Source: a virus. Taken from it: DNA of 64,000 nucleotides. The notes below the pieces were generated by a model. It worked only from the letters and a program-made list of their open reading frames with translations. It was not told the origin of the DNA and ran no database searches. Position numbers and translations under genes: made by a program. How positions within the stretch are numbered: position 1 is the stretch's first letter; every line of letters begins with the position of its first letter. This document shows, one piece after another, positions 36,892-45,976 of the stretch. The stretch spans positions 2,663 through 66,662 of the IMG/VR virus record IMGVR_UViG_3300031608_000001; one strand, written 5' to 3'.

Positions 36892-38748
36892 TTATACATA
36901 CTTGTATTCAACCACGCCTATAACAACACCTGCTGTAGGGGTTGCTGAGGTAGAACCATTTGACTGTACAAATTGTACTTGTACTGTCGCGTTCTTAGTG
37001 AGTGCACTTGCGAATGGTAAATCAATTACATAAGTTCCAACTGCGATATCTGTTGAAGTAGCCGCTACTAGTGTATTACCACTACCACCGTTATCTTTTA
37101 CAATCATACCATCAATTGAACCACCTGATAATGCTGTAGTAACATTTAGAACAACTCTACTTGCGTAATATGTTCTTCCTGATACGTTAGGTATTGTACC
37201 ACAATCAAAGTTTGCGTCACTGCTATCTGCTGTGAAACTTGCTCTAAGTGTAAGTCCGTCACCACCGTTATTATCTACATAGTCTTTGACTGCCGCTGAA
37301 GTTGGTAATGAAGTATCATTATCTGAACTTGCAATACCTTCTGCTTCGTCTACAAACTTAGTTACAGCAATACTTTCGCCACTGTCAGTTAAAGTACCAA
37401 ATGATACGATTCCTGAAGCAGTTACGTTAACAGCACCTGTTAAACTACCAGCATTTAAACTTGCAGTTCCGTCTGTTAATGTTGTTGAAGTAACACTTGT
37501 TAAACTAGTAAGACTTGAATTCAAGTTAAACGTTACGTCATCCGCTGTGTTGGTTGAAGTAATGTTTGTTCCACCTAATAGTTTAAGTTTGTCAGTTGCT
37601 AATGCTACAGTATTATCCGATGCGTCATCAGACTGGATAGTCAATGATGTAGCAATGGAGGCTGTACCTGCCGCTGTCAATCTTCCTTGTGCGTCAACTG
37701 TGAAAGTTGCAACAGAAGTTGCTGAGCCATATGCGCCTGCTGAGACGGCTGTATTATCTAGACCTAATGTTACACTACTTGCGCCGGAGGCTGATGTTAT
37801 ACCAGTTCCACCTGCGATAGTTAATGTAGCACTATCTAAGTCTAAAGTTCTGCCAGTTGCGTCGTCACCTGTAAATGCTAGGTCATCGTCTCTATCCAAA
37901 GCATCAACGTAGGCTTTCAGTCCACTGTTAGCCGTTGTTATTGCTGTGTTTAAAGTAGATACTGAACCATCTACAAATGCTTTTACAGATTGCTGTGAAG
38001 GTAACTTAGTAGCACTATTAGAAGACATGTTGTCTTCGTCAATTAATGCGTTAGTAATTCTAGCGTCTGCTCTCGCATTCGTGTAATACTGGTTAGTTGA
38101 ACCTTCTGCTACGTCGTCAGTATCGACTGCGTCGACGTATGTTTTGACTGCTTTTTCTGTTGGGACTGCTGTATCACTGTTGCCTGCTAGTGTTCCGTCA
38201 GTACTAAATTCAGTAACTGATGCACCAGAAGCGCCTGTGAAAGATGAGCCCAATATGCCAGCCGCTTCAAAATCAGCAACTGTCATTGTTAAAGAACCAG
38301 TACTTGAACCTGTAAAGGTTCCTGTTCCGACTCTTACTTTATCTTCGCTTTCGTCCCAACCAATAAATACATTATTGCTGTCACCACGTTCGATTACTAA
38401 ACCGACGTCGTTTGCTGGCGTACCAGTTGTACCCGTTGCTAGTTCTAGCAATGAATCCGCAATAGTTGTGTTTGTTGATGAGACAGTAGTAGTAGCACCG
38501 TTAACAGTTAAATCACCAGTGATGGTGGCGTCGCCGTTAATTGAGATACTAGTTGATGTGATGTCATTTGAAAGTAGTGTTCCTTGAACATCCACGTTGG
38601 CGGCTCTAATTGCCTTAAGAGTTGAACCGTCTGATCCAGTAAATTCGTAACGATCACTCGCACTTACCCACTTAAATCTTCCGCCACTCTTACCTAGTTG
38701 AACGTCGTTGGAAACTCCTTTTAGACCAAAATTCTTTACATCTGCCAT
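36892..38748 (-). CDS. virion fibre/structural protein
   Basis: G/S/T-rich; GDLTVNG, three P[ST]xx[AS]VKx[YF]VD repeats, VDAQGRLTAA. Confidence 0.82.
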   Translation of the reverse strand: MADVKNFGLKGVSNDVQLGKSGGRFKWVSASDRYEFTGSDGSTLKAIRAANVDVQGTLLSNDITSTSISINGDATITGDLTVNGATTTVSSTNTTIADSLLELATGTTGTPANDVGLVIERGDSNNVFIGWDESEDKVRVGTGTFTGSSTGSLTMTVADFEAAGILGSSFTGASGASVTEFSTDGTLAGNSDTAVPTEKAVKTYVDAVDTDDVAEGSTNQYYTNARADARITNALIDEDNMSSNSATKLPSQQSVKAFVDGSVSTLNTAITTANSGLKAYVDALDRDDDLAFTGDDATGRTLDLDSATLTIAGGTGITSASGASSVTLGLDNTAVSAGAYGSATSVATFTVDAQGRLTAAGTASIATSLTIQSDDASDNTVALATDKLKLLGGTNITSTNTADDVTFNLNSSLTSLTSVTSTTLTDGTASLNAGSLTGAVNVTASGIVSFGTLTDSGESIAVTKFVDEAEGIASSDNDTSLPTSAAVKDYVDNNGGDGLTLRASFTADSSDANFDCGTIPNVSGRTYYASRVVLNVTTALSGGSIDGMIVKDNGGSGNTLVAATSTDIAVGTYVIDLPFASALTKNATVQVQFVQSNGSTSATPTAGVVIGVVEYKYV

Positions 38749-38892
38749 TTTATTTCTCTCCTTGGAGTTTTAGTTGAGGTTATTCAATCCTCATACAATT
38801 TTTACATTGTTCCGGAATAATGTGTACTGTCACGATGTGTTGTAACTATATTTATCGTTTGGGCCAGAAATTATGGTGTTAGGTTGTTTTAA

Positions 38893-40905
38893 TTAAATGT
38901 ATGTTACTTTGACAGTAACATTGCCAGCGGTTGCGGCATTATGATTTATTCGTAAGTTTATTTCTAGTTCTGCTGTGTTGCTTGTTGGCCATATGTATTC
39001 TGGATTACTAATGTAACCACCTACTGAACCTGGGTCGTTGTCGTCTGGTCCATGTAAGAGATCAGTGTCTCCAGTAGTACCTACTTCAATTGTAGCATCT
39101 GATGAACCACCAGTGAATGCTGTGTGTACATCTAAACTAACACTTTGTATTTTACCACCCGGTGATACATTACCTAAGTCATAGTTTTGACTGTTACCGA
39201 ACCCGCTAATTGGTGCTGTTACGTTCAACGTAAGCGTCTGTGCGTCGGTATTAGCACTATCTTGGTCACTTACCTTAGTCCAAGCACTACCATCATATAA
39301 GTATAAGGCCCATTCGCCTACACCGTTATCTAGTACATAAGCCTGGTCACCTGTTGCTGGTGATAATGAGTTTCTAGAGGCTATGGTTGCAACCACTGTA
39401 ATACTTGCGGCTCTTATACCTTGCTCTACATTCATTGCTAATGGAAACATACCATTGTGTACACTATAGACACCAAAGCCGTTTTCAAAATTACCTGTGT
39501 TATCAAATATATTAATAGGTCCGCCATCTGCTCGAGCAAGTTTAAGTTTGTTACCTGTACTTGCTACTGTGGATGCTTTTAATCCTGACACATTACTTGA
39601 TCCTACATAAGGATTACCATTGGCATCATCTGTGCCAGTATATATATTAATAGCATTACCGTTTGCTTCTGTGAGTGTTAACACACTACTTGTAAATGTT
39701 GCTGTTAAGTTTGGAATACTTGCGGCATTAATATCAGTTGCCATGTCTTCTGGAATAGCAACGTCAATACCATAAGCGGCCTTGCCCGCGGCATTAGTTG
39801 TAAAAGTTACAGTAGTATTACCACTGCCTCCATTAAAGATAGCACTAAAGTTAGTGTATCCACCTACTAGTCCGTAAGCAGTACCACTAGCACTTGAATT
39901 TACTGTTGTTGGTGCCGGTGTTGTACTTGCTACTATACTTGTACCACTAAGTGCGTTTATCTGACTTACTGATTCAGTTAACGTGCTACTAAATCCTGCT
40001 CCGTTAAACGTATGACTAACACTATTAAATATAACTGTTGTGCCGTCTGCTATTGTTGGATTAATTGCTGAACCAATAGTATTTGTTTCTATAGCATTTG
40101 CTATTTTTAAAAACATTATCTTACCAGTGTCAGTTGTAGTTAAGTCTCCATCTGTATCTGCGTAAATAAAGTCTCCTGCGTTACCTGGTATTGCTGGTAC
40201 GAAGTCTATAATTCTGTTGTTTGGTGATACCATAAATGAATTTGGTCCTGGACCCGATTCAACTACTACACCAAATGCCTTACTAACAAGAGCGGCATTA
40301 GCCTTAACAAACGAACCTGTGTCTGCTACAGCAATAACATCACCTATAGTAAAACCGTGTGCAGTTTTTTCTAGTAAGTAATTTAGTTGTGGGTTTAAGT
40401 ATTGGAATCTACTATTGACGTTAGCATAAAAGTCTGAACTAACAATACCACTTGGTAGTGGATCTAGCATTGGATGTCCGCTTTCGTTTAGTGTAAATAT
40501 AACACAACTACCAGTACCGAATATACCATTACCAACATTACTTCTAAATGTATTGTAACGTGCCACATCTTCTACAACCGCTGTTACGGCTGATGCGGTT
40601 TTAGTTGTTATTGATGTAATTTTTAAACATTGGCCTGTGGTAGCACCTGCTATCCAGTCGCCAACAGTTACGTCTAATCCATTAAATTGTCTATCTTTTC
40701 TTGTTAAGTGAGAACCGTGATCTTGTGAAGTTACAGTAAATGATATTGTCCATTGATAGTTCTTAGGACTTGCTCCGCCTGATGCCCATCTGTCTGCTGA
40801 ACCGTTTTGATATGCCCAAATGGCTTTACCTGCAATGCTACTAACACTTACACCTAAAACTTTATTTGGTACATTGAGTTCAACTTGACTAGTCTTATAC
40901 GACAT
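38893..40905 (-). CDS. virion structural protein
   Basis: 670 aa beta-rich; HGFTIGD, YDGSAWTK. Confidence 0.78.
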   Translation of the reverse strand: MSYKTSQVELNVPNKVLGVSVSSIAGKAIWAYQNGSADRWASGGASPKNYQWTISFTVTSQDHGSHLTRKDRQFNGLDVTVGDWIAGATTGQCLKITSITTKTASAVTAVVEDVARYNTFRSNVGNGIFGTGSCVIFTLNESGHPMLDPLPSGIVSSDFYANVNSRFQYLNPQLNYLLEKTAHGFTIGDVIAVADTGSFVKANAALVSKAFGVVVESGPGPNSFMVSPNNRIIDFVPAIPGNAGDFIYADTDGDLTTTDTGKIMFLKIANAIETNTIGSAINPTIADGTTVIFNSVSHTFNGAGFSSTLTESVSQINALSGTSIVASTTPAPTTVNSSASGTAYGLVGGYTNFSAIFNGGSGNTTVTFTTNAAGKAAYGIDVAIPEDMATDINAASIPNLTATFTSSVLTLTEANGNAINIYTGTDDANGNPYVGSSNVSGLKASTVASTGNKLKLARADGGPINIFDNTGNFENGFGVYSVHNGMFPLAMNVEQGIRAASITVVATIASRNSLSPATGDQAYVLDNGVGEWALYLYDGSAWTKVSDQDSANTDAQTLTLNVTAPISGFGNSQNYDLGNVSPGGKIQSVSLDVHTAFTGGSSDATIEVGTTGDTDLLHGPDDNDPGSVGGYISNPEYIWPTSNTAELEINLRINHNAATAGNVTVKVTYI

Positions 40906-40911
40906 TAGTTA

Positions 40912-43900
40912 CTACTCCGCCATCACAAACGTTATCCAAGCATGGGTGCTTGTTCCAAACGATCTACTTGCTCCTGTAATGGCTTCCGTTACTTTTAAGT
41001 CTACATTAGCCACAGTAGAGAAACTACCGAATGCTGTTGGAGAGCCTATTGAACCACCGCCATCTACAGTTCTAACTGTCCAGTCACCAGCAACACCGTT
41101 CATCACATATTTGTGATTACTGTAATCATAACCATGAGCCATAACTGCTATTGGTGGATAACTAAATCCTGTAAATTGTACTTCTATTTCAGCACCTGCG
41201 GCACTTGTAACTGTTGTTGCGTTAATTCCTGCTGTGCTATCTGATATACTTGTTAGTGTACCTGATGTGCTGTAGTTTAATTTTAATCTTTCATAAGTAC
41301 CCGGTCTGGTTGATCCGCCACCGCCACTTGAAACAAACGTAACAGTATCAGTGCCAGCGTCTGTAGTAATAGTCATACCACTACCGCCAACTAATGTTAG
41401 TGTATCTGTTGCCGCGTCTGCGACTACACTACTTTGTCCTGATACAGCAATAGTTTTAAATACTTCTGAACTACCACCGCCACCTTCACCTTTGTCACCT
41501 TTGTCACCTGCCGCTCCAGCCGATCCATTTGATCCAGCACTACCAGTTGGTCCTGCGACCGTACTGTTATCACCTTTCTGTCCTTTATCACCTGATGGAC
41601 CTTGTGCGCCATCGCTACCGTTACTACCAGTACTACCTTGAGCTCCTTGCGGTCCTATTGAACCAGTTGCTCCCTTATCACCAGTTGGTCCTGTTGGGCC
41701 ACCTAGTTCTCCTTTTTGTCCTTTATCACCTGTTGGTCCATTTGATCCTACGTTACCTTGCGGTCCTAATGGTCCTGTGGCTCCTGCTGGGCCTGTTCCA
41801 CCCGCATTACCTGTTGTTCCTTGTGAACCCTGTGGACCTGTTGGTCCTTGTGATCCTATTTCTCCTTTTGATCCTGTTGATCCATCTGATCCATTTGAAC
41901 CAGTTGTACCTGCAGTTCCTTGTAATCCCTGAGCACCCTGTGATCCTTGAGCTCCTTTATCACCTGCTGGACCTGTTCCACCAGCACTACCAGTTGGTCC
42001 TACTACTGTACTATCTGCTCCAGTGGCTCCCTGAGCTCCTTTATCACCTGTTGTTCCTTGTGGTCCTGTTGGTCCATTTGGTCCTACTACAGTACTATCT
42101 GCTCCAGTGGCTCCTTTGTCGCCATTTGATCCATTTGATCCATTTGATCCTGCTGGTCCTGTTGAACCATTTGGTCCTGTTGGTCCGGCACCACCTGTTG
42201 ATCCTACTTCACCTTTGGCACCTGCGGCCCCTGCACTACCAGTTGTACCTGTAGTACCCTGTGGGCCAATTGCTCCTTTGTCGCCTGTTGTTCCTGTACT
42301 GCCGGCTGGTCCAGTAGGTCCTTCTGAACCTGTTGATCCTGCTGGTCCTACTGAACCAGTTGTACCTGCTGTACCTTGAGCTCCTTGAGCTCCCTTATCA
42401 CCTGCGCCGCCAGCCGCTCCAGCCGGTCCAGTACTTCCTGCCGCACCTGCACTACCAGTTGCTCCAGTACTTCCGCCTGCTCCTACTTCACCTTTTGATC
42501 CTGTTGCTCCATTTGATCCAGCACTACCAGTTGCTCCAGTGGCTCCTTTAGAACCGCCACTTGCTGTAGCATCGATAGTAATTGTGTTTGAAGCATTGTC
42601 GGCTGTTATTGTTGCGTTAGCACCAGCCGTAAATGTTAATGTTTCGCCTGTTCCTGTTGCTACTACACTATTACCACCTGTTACACTAACTGTTTTAAAT
42701 GCTTCAGTGGCTCCGCCACCTCCGCCACCTGCTGAGTTAGTGATAATAACTTTATCTAATGATGTATCAGTTGTTAATGTAATACCCGAACCTGCTTCAA
42801 ATGTTAACGAGTCTGATGTATTCTCTGCTACGATAACGTCTTGCCCAGCCACTACTACATTTTTAAATGAGTCTTGTGGTTGATTTGAATTAGTAATTGT
42901 TACTGTATCGCCTGTGACTGCTGTTGTTATGCCCGAACCACCGATAACATTAAATGTGTCATCTTTAGTACTTGCTGATGTTGAACCTGTGTCACCTGTT
43001 ACAGTTTTATAAAATCTTAATGCGTCAACGTTAGCACTAATATATGTGTTAACTTGACTTTTTGTATATTTGTCAATAGAAGCATCATTTAATGTTGCGT
43101 CAATGACAACACTATCAGTACCAGCATTTGGTGTAAAACTAATGTTAGCACCACTGGTAAATGTCATAGTGTCTGAGTTAGTCTCTGCTACAACATAAGT
43201 ACCATCGAACACTAAGTTCTTAAATGTACCTGTTATCGCATCAGACTTGGAAATTTGTATTGTACTGTTAGCCGTGTATTGATTTAAACTAATACCATCG
43301 CCACCTTCGAATCTAATTGCTGATGTGGCTGTTGCGGCATTAATTGTGTTGGCTGAACCAACTACATTAACTTGGCTAATAGAATTTTGTAATTGTGCTG
43401 ATGCTATATTGGCATCAACTTGTGCTTTACTGTAAACACTTAAATTTGTTCTTGCTGTACTTTTAGATGCCAAGTCACTTAGGTTAAGTGTTTTGTTTGA
43501 CATGTTAGCAAGTGTAGTATAGTCTAAGTTAGTTCCACTAGTACCAATTCGTAGAGCGTAATCGGCTGTACCTTTAAAGTTACTAGCATAAATGTTTAAG
43601 TATACTTTAGATGAACTACCAATGTCGTACGCCTGTGTTGTACCTGGTGTACTAGATGCGTTCTTAGGAATATAATTTGCTAAGTTGGCTGTTAGTTCAC
43701 TCGGTGATACACCTGACAATGATACTGATGTCCAACTAAGGCTACCACTACCGTCTGTTTTTAAAACTTGTCCAGTAGTACCATCTGATGTTGGTAATGT
43801 AAATACATTTGAAACTGTTAAACTTCTGTTAGCATTAATTTTTAATGCTGGTGTAGTACTTGAACTACTGCCTGCGTAAAATACTGTACTGTTAGCACTT

Positions 43901-44445
43901 CGTACTTCAATGTGCCCGTCTGCTGTACTAGTACTTAATATTAGACCATGTGCTGATTTTAACTCAACATCGGTCTGATCACTTGAACCAATTATAAATC
44001 TTGTTTTGGCATCTGATCCTTTGCTCTGACTATGTATTGGATAGTTAGCATCATTATAAACACCCGCATACGCATCAATATTAGCATTGTCTCCAAAGTT
44101 TCTTCCTCTGTAAACAAATGAGTTGGCGTTAGTGGCGGTTGTTTGTAATGTTGTGGGTAAACTATATGCTGTTGTTGAAACAGTAATGACATTTGATGCT
44201 TCTGTTATTGTAGTTGCGCCGGAACCTACAAACTTTTTAAATTTTAGTTGGTCTCCATCCTTCGCAGAAAACACACCAATTCCTGATGCTCCTGTGTTGG
44301 ACGCACCTGTTACTGCGGCATTGGCATCTGCGGCAAGGCTATTTTGTGCTAAAAATACTCCTTGTGCGGCATCATATACTAGTATCTGATTATCAGCAAT
44401 ACTATCTATATTAAATGTTAAATTTTCACCTGTTACGTTTGGCAT
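40912..44445 (-). CDS. collagen-like tail/capsid fibre protein
   Basis: about 119 Gly-X-Y triplets and six ~42-aa beta repeats; late box at 44479-44486. Confidence 0.88.
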   Translation of the reverse strand: MPNVTGENLTFNIDSIADNQILVYDAAQGVFLAQNSLAADANAAVTGASNTGASGIGVFSAKDGDQLKFKKFVGSGATTITEASNVITVSTTAYSLPTTLQTTATNANSFVYRGRNFGDNANIDAYAGVYNDANYPIHSQSKGSDAKTRFIIGSSDQTDVELKSAHGLILSTSTADGHIEVRSANSTVFYAGSSSSTTPALKINANRSLTVSNVFTLPTSDGTTGQVLKTDGSGSLSWTSVSLSGVSPSELTANLANYIPKNASSTPGTTQAYDIGSSSKVYLNIYASNFKGTADYALRIGTSGTNLDYTTLANMSNKTLNLSDLASKSTARTNLSVYSKAQVDANIASAQLQNSISQVNVVGSANTINAATATSAIRFEGGDGISLNQYTANSTIQISKSDAITGTFKNLVFDGTYVVAETNSDTMTFTSGANISFTPNAGTDSVVIDATLNDASIDKYTKSQVNTYISANVDALRFYKTVTGDTGSTSASTKDDTFNVIGGSGITTAVTGDTVTITNSNQPQDSFKNVVVAGQDVIVAENTSDSLTFEAGSGITLTTDTSLDKVIITNSAGGGGGGATEAFKTVSVTGGNSVVATGTGETLTFTAGANATITADNASNTITIDATASGGSKGATGATGSAGSNGATGSKGEVGAGGSTGATGSAGAAGSTGPAGAAGGAGDKGAQGAQGTAGTTGSVGPAGSTGSEGPTGPAGSTGTTGDKGAIGPQGTTGTTGSAGAAGAKGEVGSTGGAGPTGPNGSTGPAGSNGSNGSNGDKGATGADSTVVGPNGPTGPQGTTGDKGAQGATGADSTVVGPTGSAGGTGPAGDKGAQGSQGAQGLQGTAGTTGSNGSDGSTGSKGEIGSQGPTGPQGSQGTTGNAGGTGPAGATGPLGPQGNVGSNGPTGDKGQKGELGGPTGPTGDKGATGSIGPQGAQGSTGSNGSDGAQGPSGDKGQKGDNSTVAGPTGSAGSNGSAGAAGDKGDKGEGGGGSSEVFKTIAVSGQSSVVADAATDTLTLVGGSGMTITTDAGTDTVTFVSSGGGGSTRPGTYERLKLNYSTSGTLTSISDSTAGINATTVTSAAGAEIEVQFTGFSYPPIAVMAHGYDYSNHKYVMNGVAGDWTVRTVDGGGSIGSPTAFGSFSTVANVDLKVTEAITGASRSFGTSTHAWITFVMAE
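41482..42555 (-). repeat. collagen Gly-X-Y coding repeat
   Basis: 9-bp periodicity; 37-bp near-duplicate at 41994-42030 and 42078-42114. Confidence 0.9.
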
Positions 44446-44501
44446 AGATTTTTCCCATTAAACTCTTTATTACTTGAGTATTTATCAAAAATTGATAAAA
44501 A

Positions 44502-44861
44502 TTAATTACTCAATGATATTTGAGAAATTGCACCATAAGCGGCAAGGTAGTCGACTCCGTTTCCAACAGCAGATCTATCTATAACTGCCCTTAAATAAAC
44601 GTAATTACCTTTGAATGTATGTATCTCAGTACTAGTGTTCGATGTTGCTTTAGTAATAAGTTTGATGTCTCCCCAATCTGCGTCAGCAGGATTGAGGCTC
44701 AAGGTTGCTTGTAGTTTGACTGTTCCAACAAAGTTGCTGTATTTAATACTTACAGAATGAATCCCATCGGTATAGCCATAATAACTATCCGCTTTTGCTT
44801 TGTCACCGGTCTTATTCATGGTAGACCCGGTATTTGCTAAAATTTCAATACTTCTTCTCAT
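44502..44861 (-). CDS. conserved-type hypothetical late protein
   Basis: GDKAKADSYYGYTDGIH; late box at 44877-44884. Confidence 0.75.
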   Translation of the reverse strand: MRRSIEILANTGSTMNKTGDKAKADSYYGYTDGIHSVSIKYSNFVGTVKLQATLSLNPADADWGDIKLITKATSNTSTEIHTFKGNYVYLRAVIDRSAVGNGVDYLAAYGAISQISLSN

Positions 44862-44910
44862 AGTGTCCTCAATTAGTATTTATCTAATTGAGTCTTGAAA
44901 AGAATGTTTG

Positions 44911-45378
44911 CTATACTGCTTCTAGTCTTGCCATAAGTCTTTCAGCACGGTTAGTAACTTGTCGGTACCACTTACTGTCTCTGCCTTCAGTACCTGCCTT
45001 TGCCCAGTCACCTTCGTCCAGTGCTTTCTTAAAGTTTTTAAAGCCACTTAGTCTAGGTCTGCCCATGTTGAACATCATATTAACTAGTACTTCTTGTACT
45101 TCGCCTGGCATATTATCAAAGTCTTCATACAACACTGAACATTCTGATATAGCAGTATCTAAGTCTTTCTCAAAACAGTCGTTAACTCTGTCTTCGTCAA
45201 TAGGCGTGCCAACTGGTTGACCAAACTCTGTGTCTGATTCCAGTACAAGATGTCCTACACCGAATGTAGGCAATCCTAGATGATCGTGATATACTTCGTA
45301 TACTACACCTTCATCAATTTTCATTTGTTCAAATACTGCTTCTCTATCTAAACCTTTGTCTCTATTAAAAAATCCCAT
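44911..45378 (-). CDS. T4-type lysozyme (GH24)
   Basis: DEG...Y.D..G.PTFGVGH, NMMFNMG, DSKWYRQV..RA.R. Confidence 0.92.
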   Translation of the reverse strand: MGFFNRDKGLDREAVFEQMKIDEGVVYEVYHDHLGLPTFGVGHLVLESDTEFGQPVGTPIDEDRVNDCFEKDLDTAISECSVLYEDFDNMPGEVQEVLVNMMFNMGRPRLSGFKNFKKALDEGDWAKAGTEGRDSKWYRQVTNRAERLMARLEAV

Positions 45379-45379
45379 T

Positions 45380-45976
45380 CTATTTCTCCGTTATAGTTTC
45401 ACTATATAGTTTACAGACTTTTAAGTCTTTTACTGATTCCTTTTTAAGGACCAGTTTAATTTTTGCGATATCATGCTTTTCATTTGTATATACAATATGT
45501 GTATAACCTGATCGGCTACGATGTATTCTATTAGAACCCCGCTTGTATAAGTTAGTGACAACACTATCGATCTTTGTAGATTCGTTGTTGTTACTTCTCC
45601 AATGCCTTGATAGTTCTACTCTATATCTATATTTACCAAAGTATAGTTTCTCCCTACAGTCAAATACGCCTCTAAGCATTTCTTTATAAACTGCTTCGTT
45701 ATATGGACTGTGGACTTCATCTACTAAGTCATCAAACGCTACTACAAATTTCTCAGCATCAATTTGATTTTTAAAATAAATGCTTAACTTTTTACGTTGA
45801 ACTCTAATAGTGTCTTCCCATGTGTCATACAGATTTGCGTGTAGCCATTTAAATATTTCTTCAAAACGCATAGCATCGTGTTCCCACTGATTGCCATGTA
45901 CTGTAACTTTAAAAGGATATGAATTGTAAAATATTTTAGCACTAGGTATAGTATCTAAACTTGTAATCTTAAGCAT
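45380..45976 (-). CDS. hypothetical protein, two-repeat
   Basis: repeated unit FYNSYPFKV / YFGKYRYRV. Confidence 0.7.
   Translation of the reverse strand: MLKITSLDTIPSAKIFYNSYPFKVTVHGNQWEHDAMRFEEIFKWLHANLYDTWEDTIRVQRKKLSIYFKNQIDAEKFVVAFDDLVDEVHSPYNEAVYKEMLRGVFDCREKLYFGKYRYRVELSRHWRSNNNESTKIDSVVTNLYKRGSNRIHRSRSGYTHIVYTNEKHDIAKIKLVLKKESVKDLKVCKLYSETITEK

Noticed and set aside
41482-42555. Repetitive DNA resembling a CRISPR or satellite array
   Set aside because: The 9-bp periodicity is fully explained by Gly-X-Y codons; there is no repeat-spacer alternation and no cas genes.
37286-44389. Long plus-strand ORFs (37286-37912, 38144-38587, 41529-42254 and others)
   Set aside because: Antisense shadows of G/S/T-rich fibre genes with low-complexity translations.
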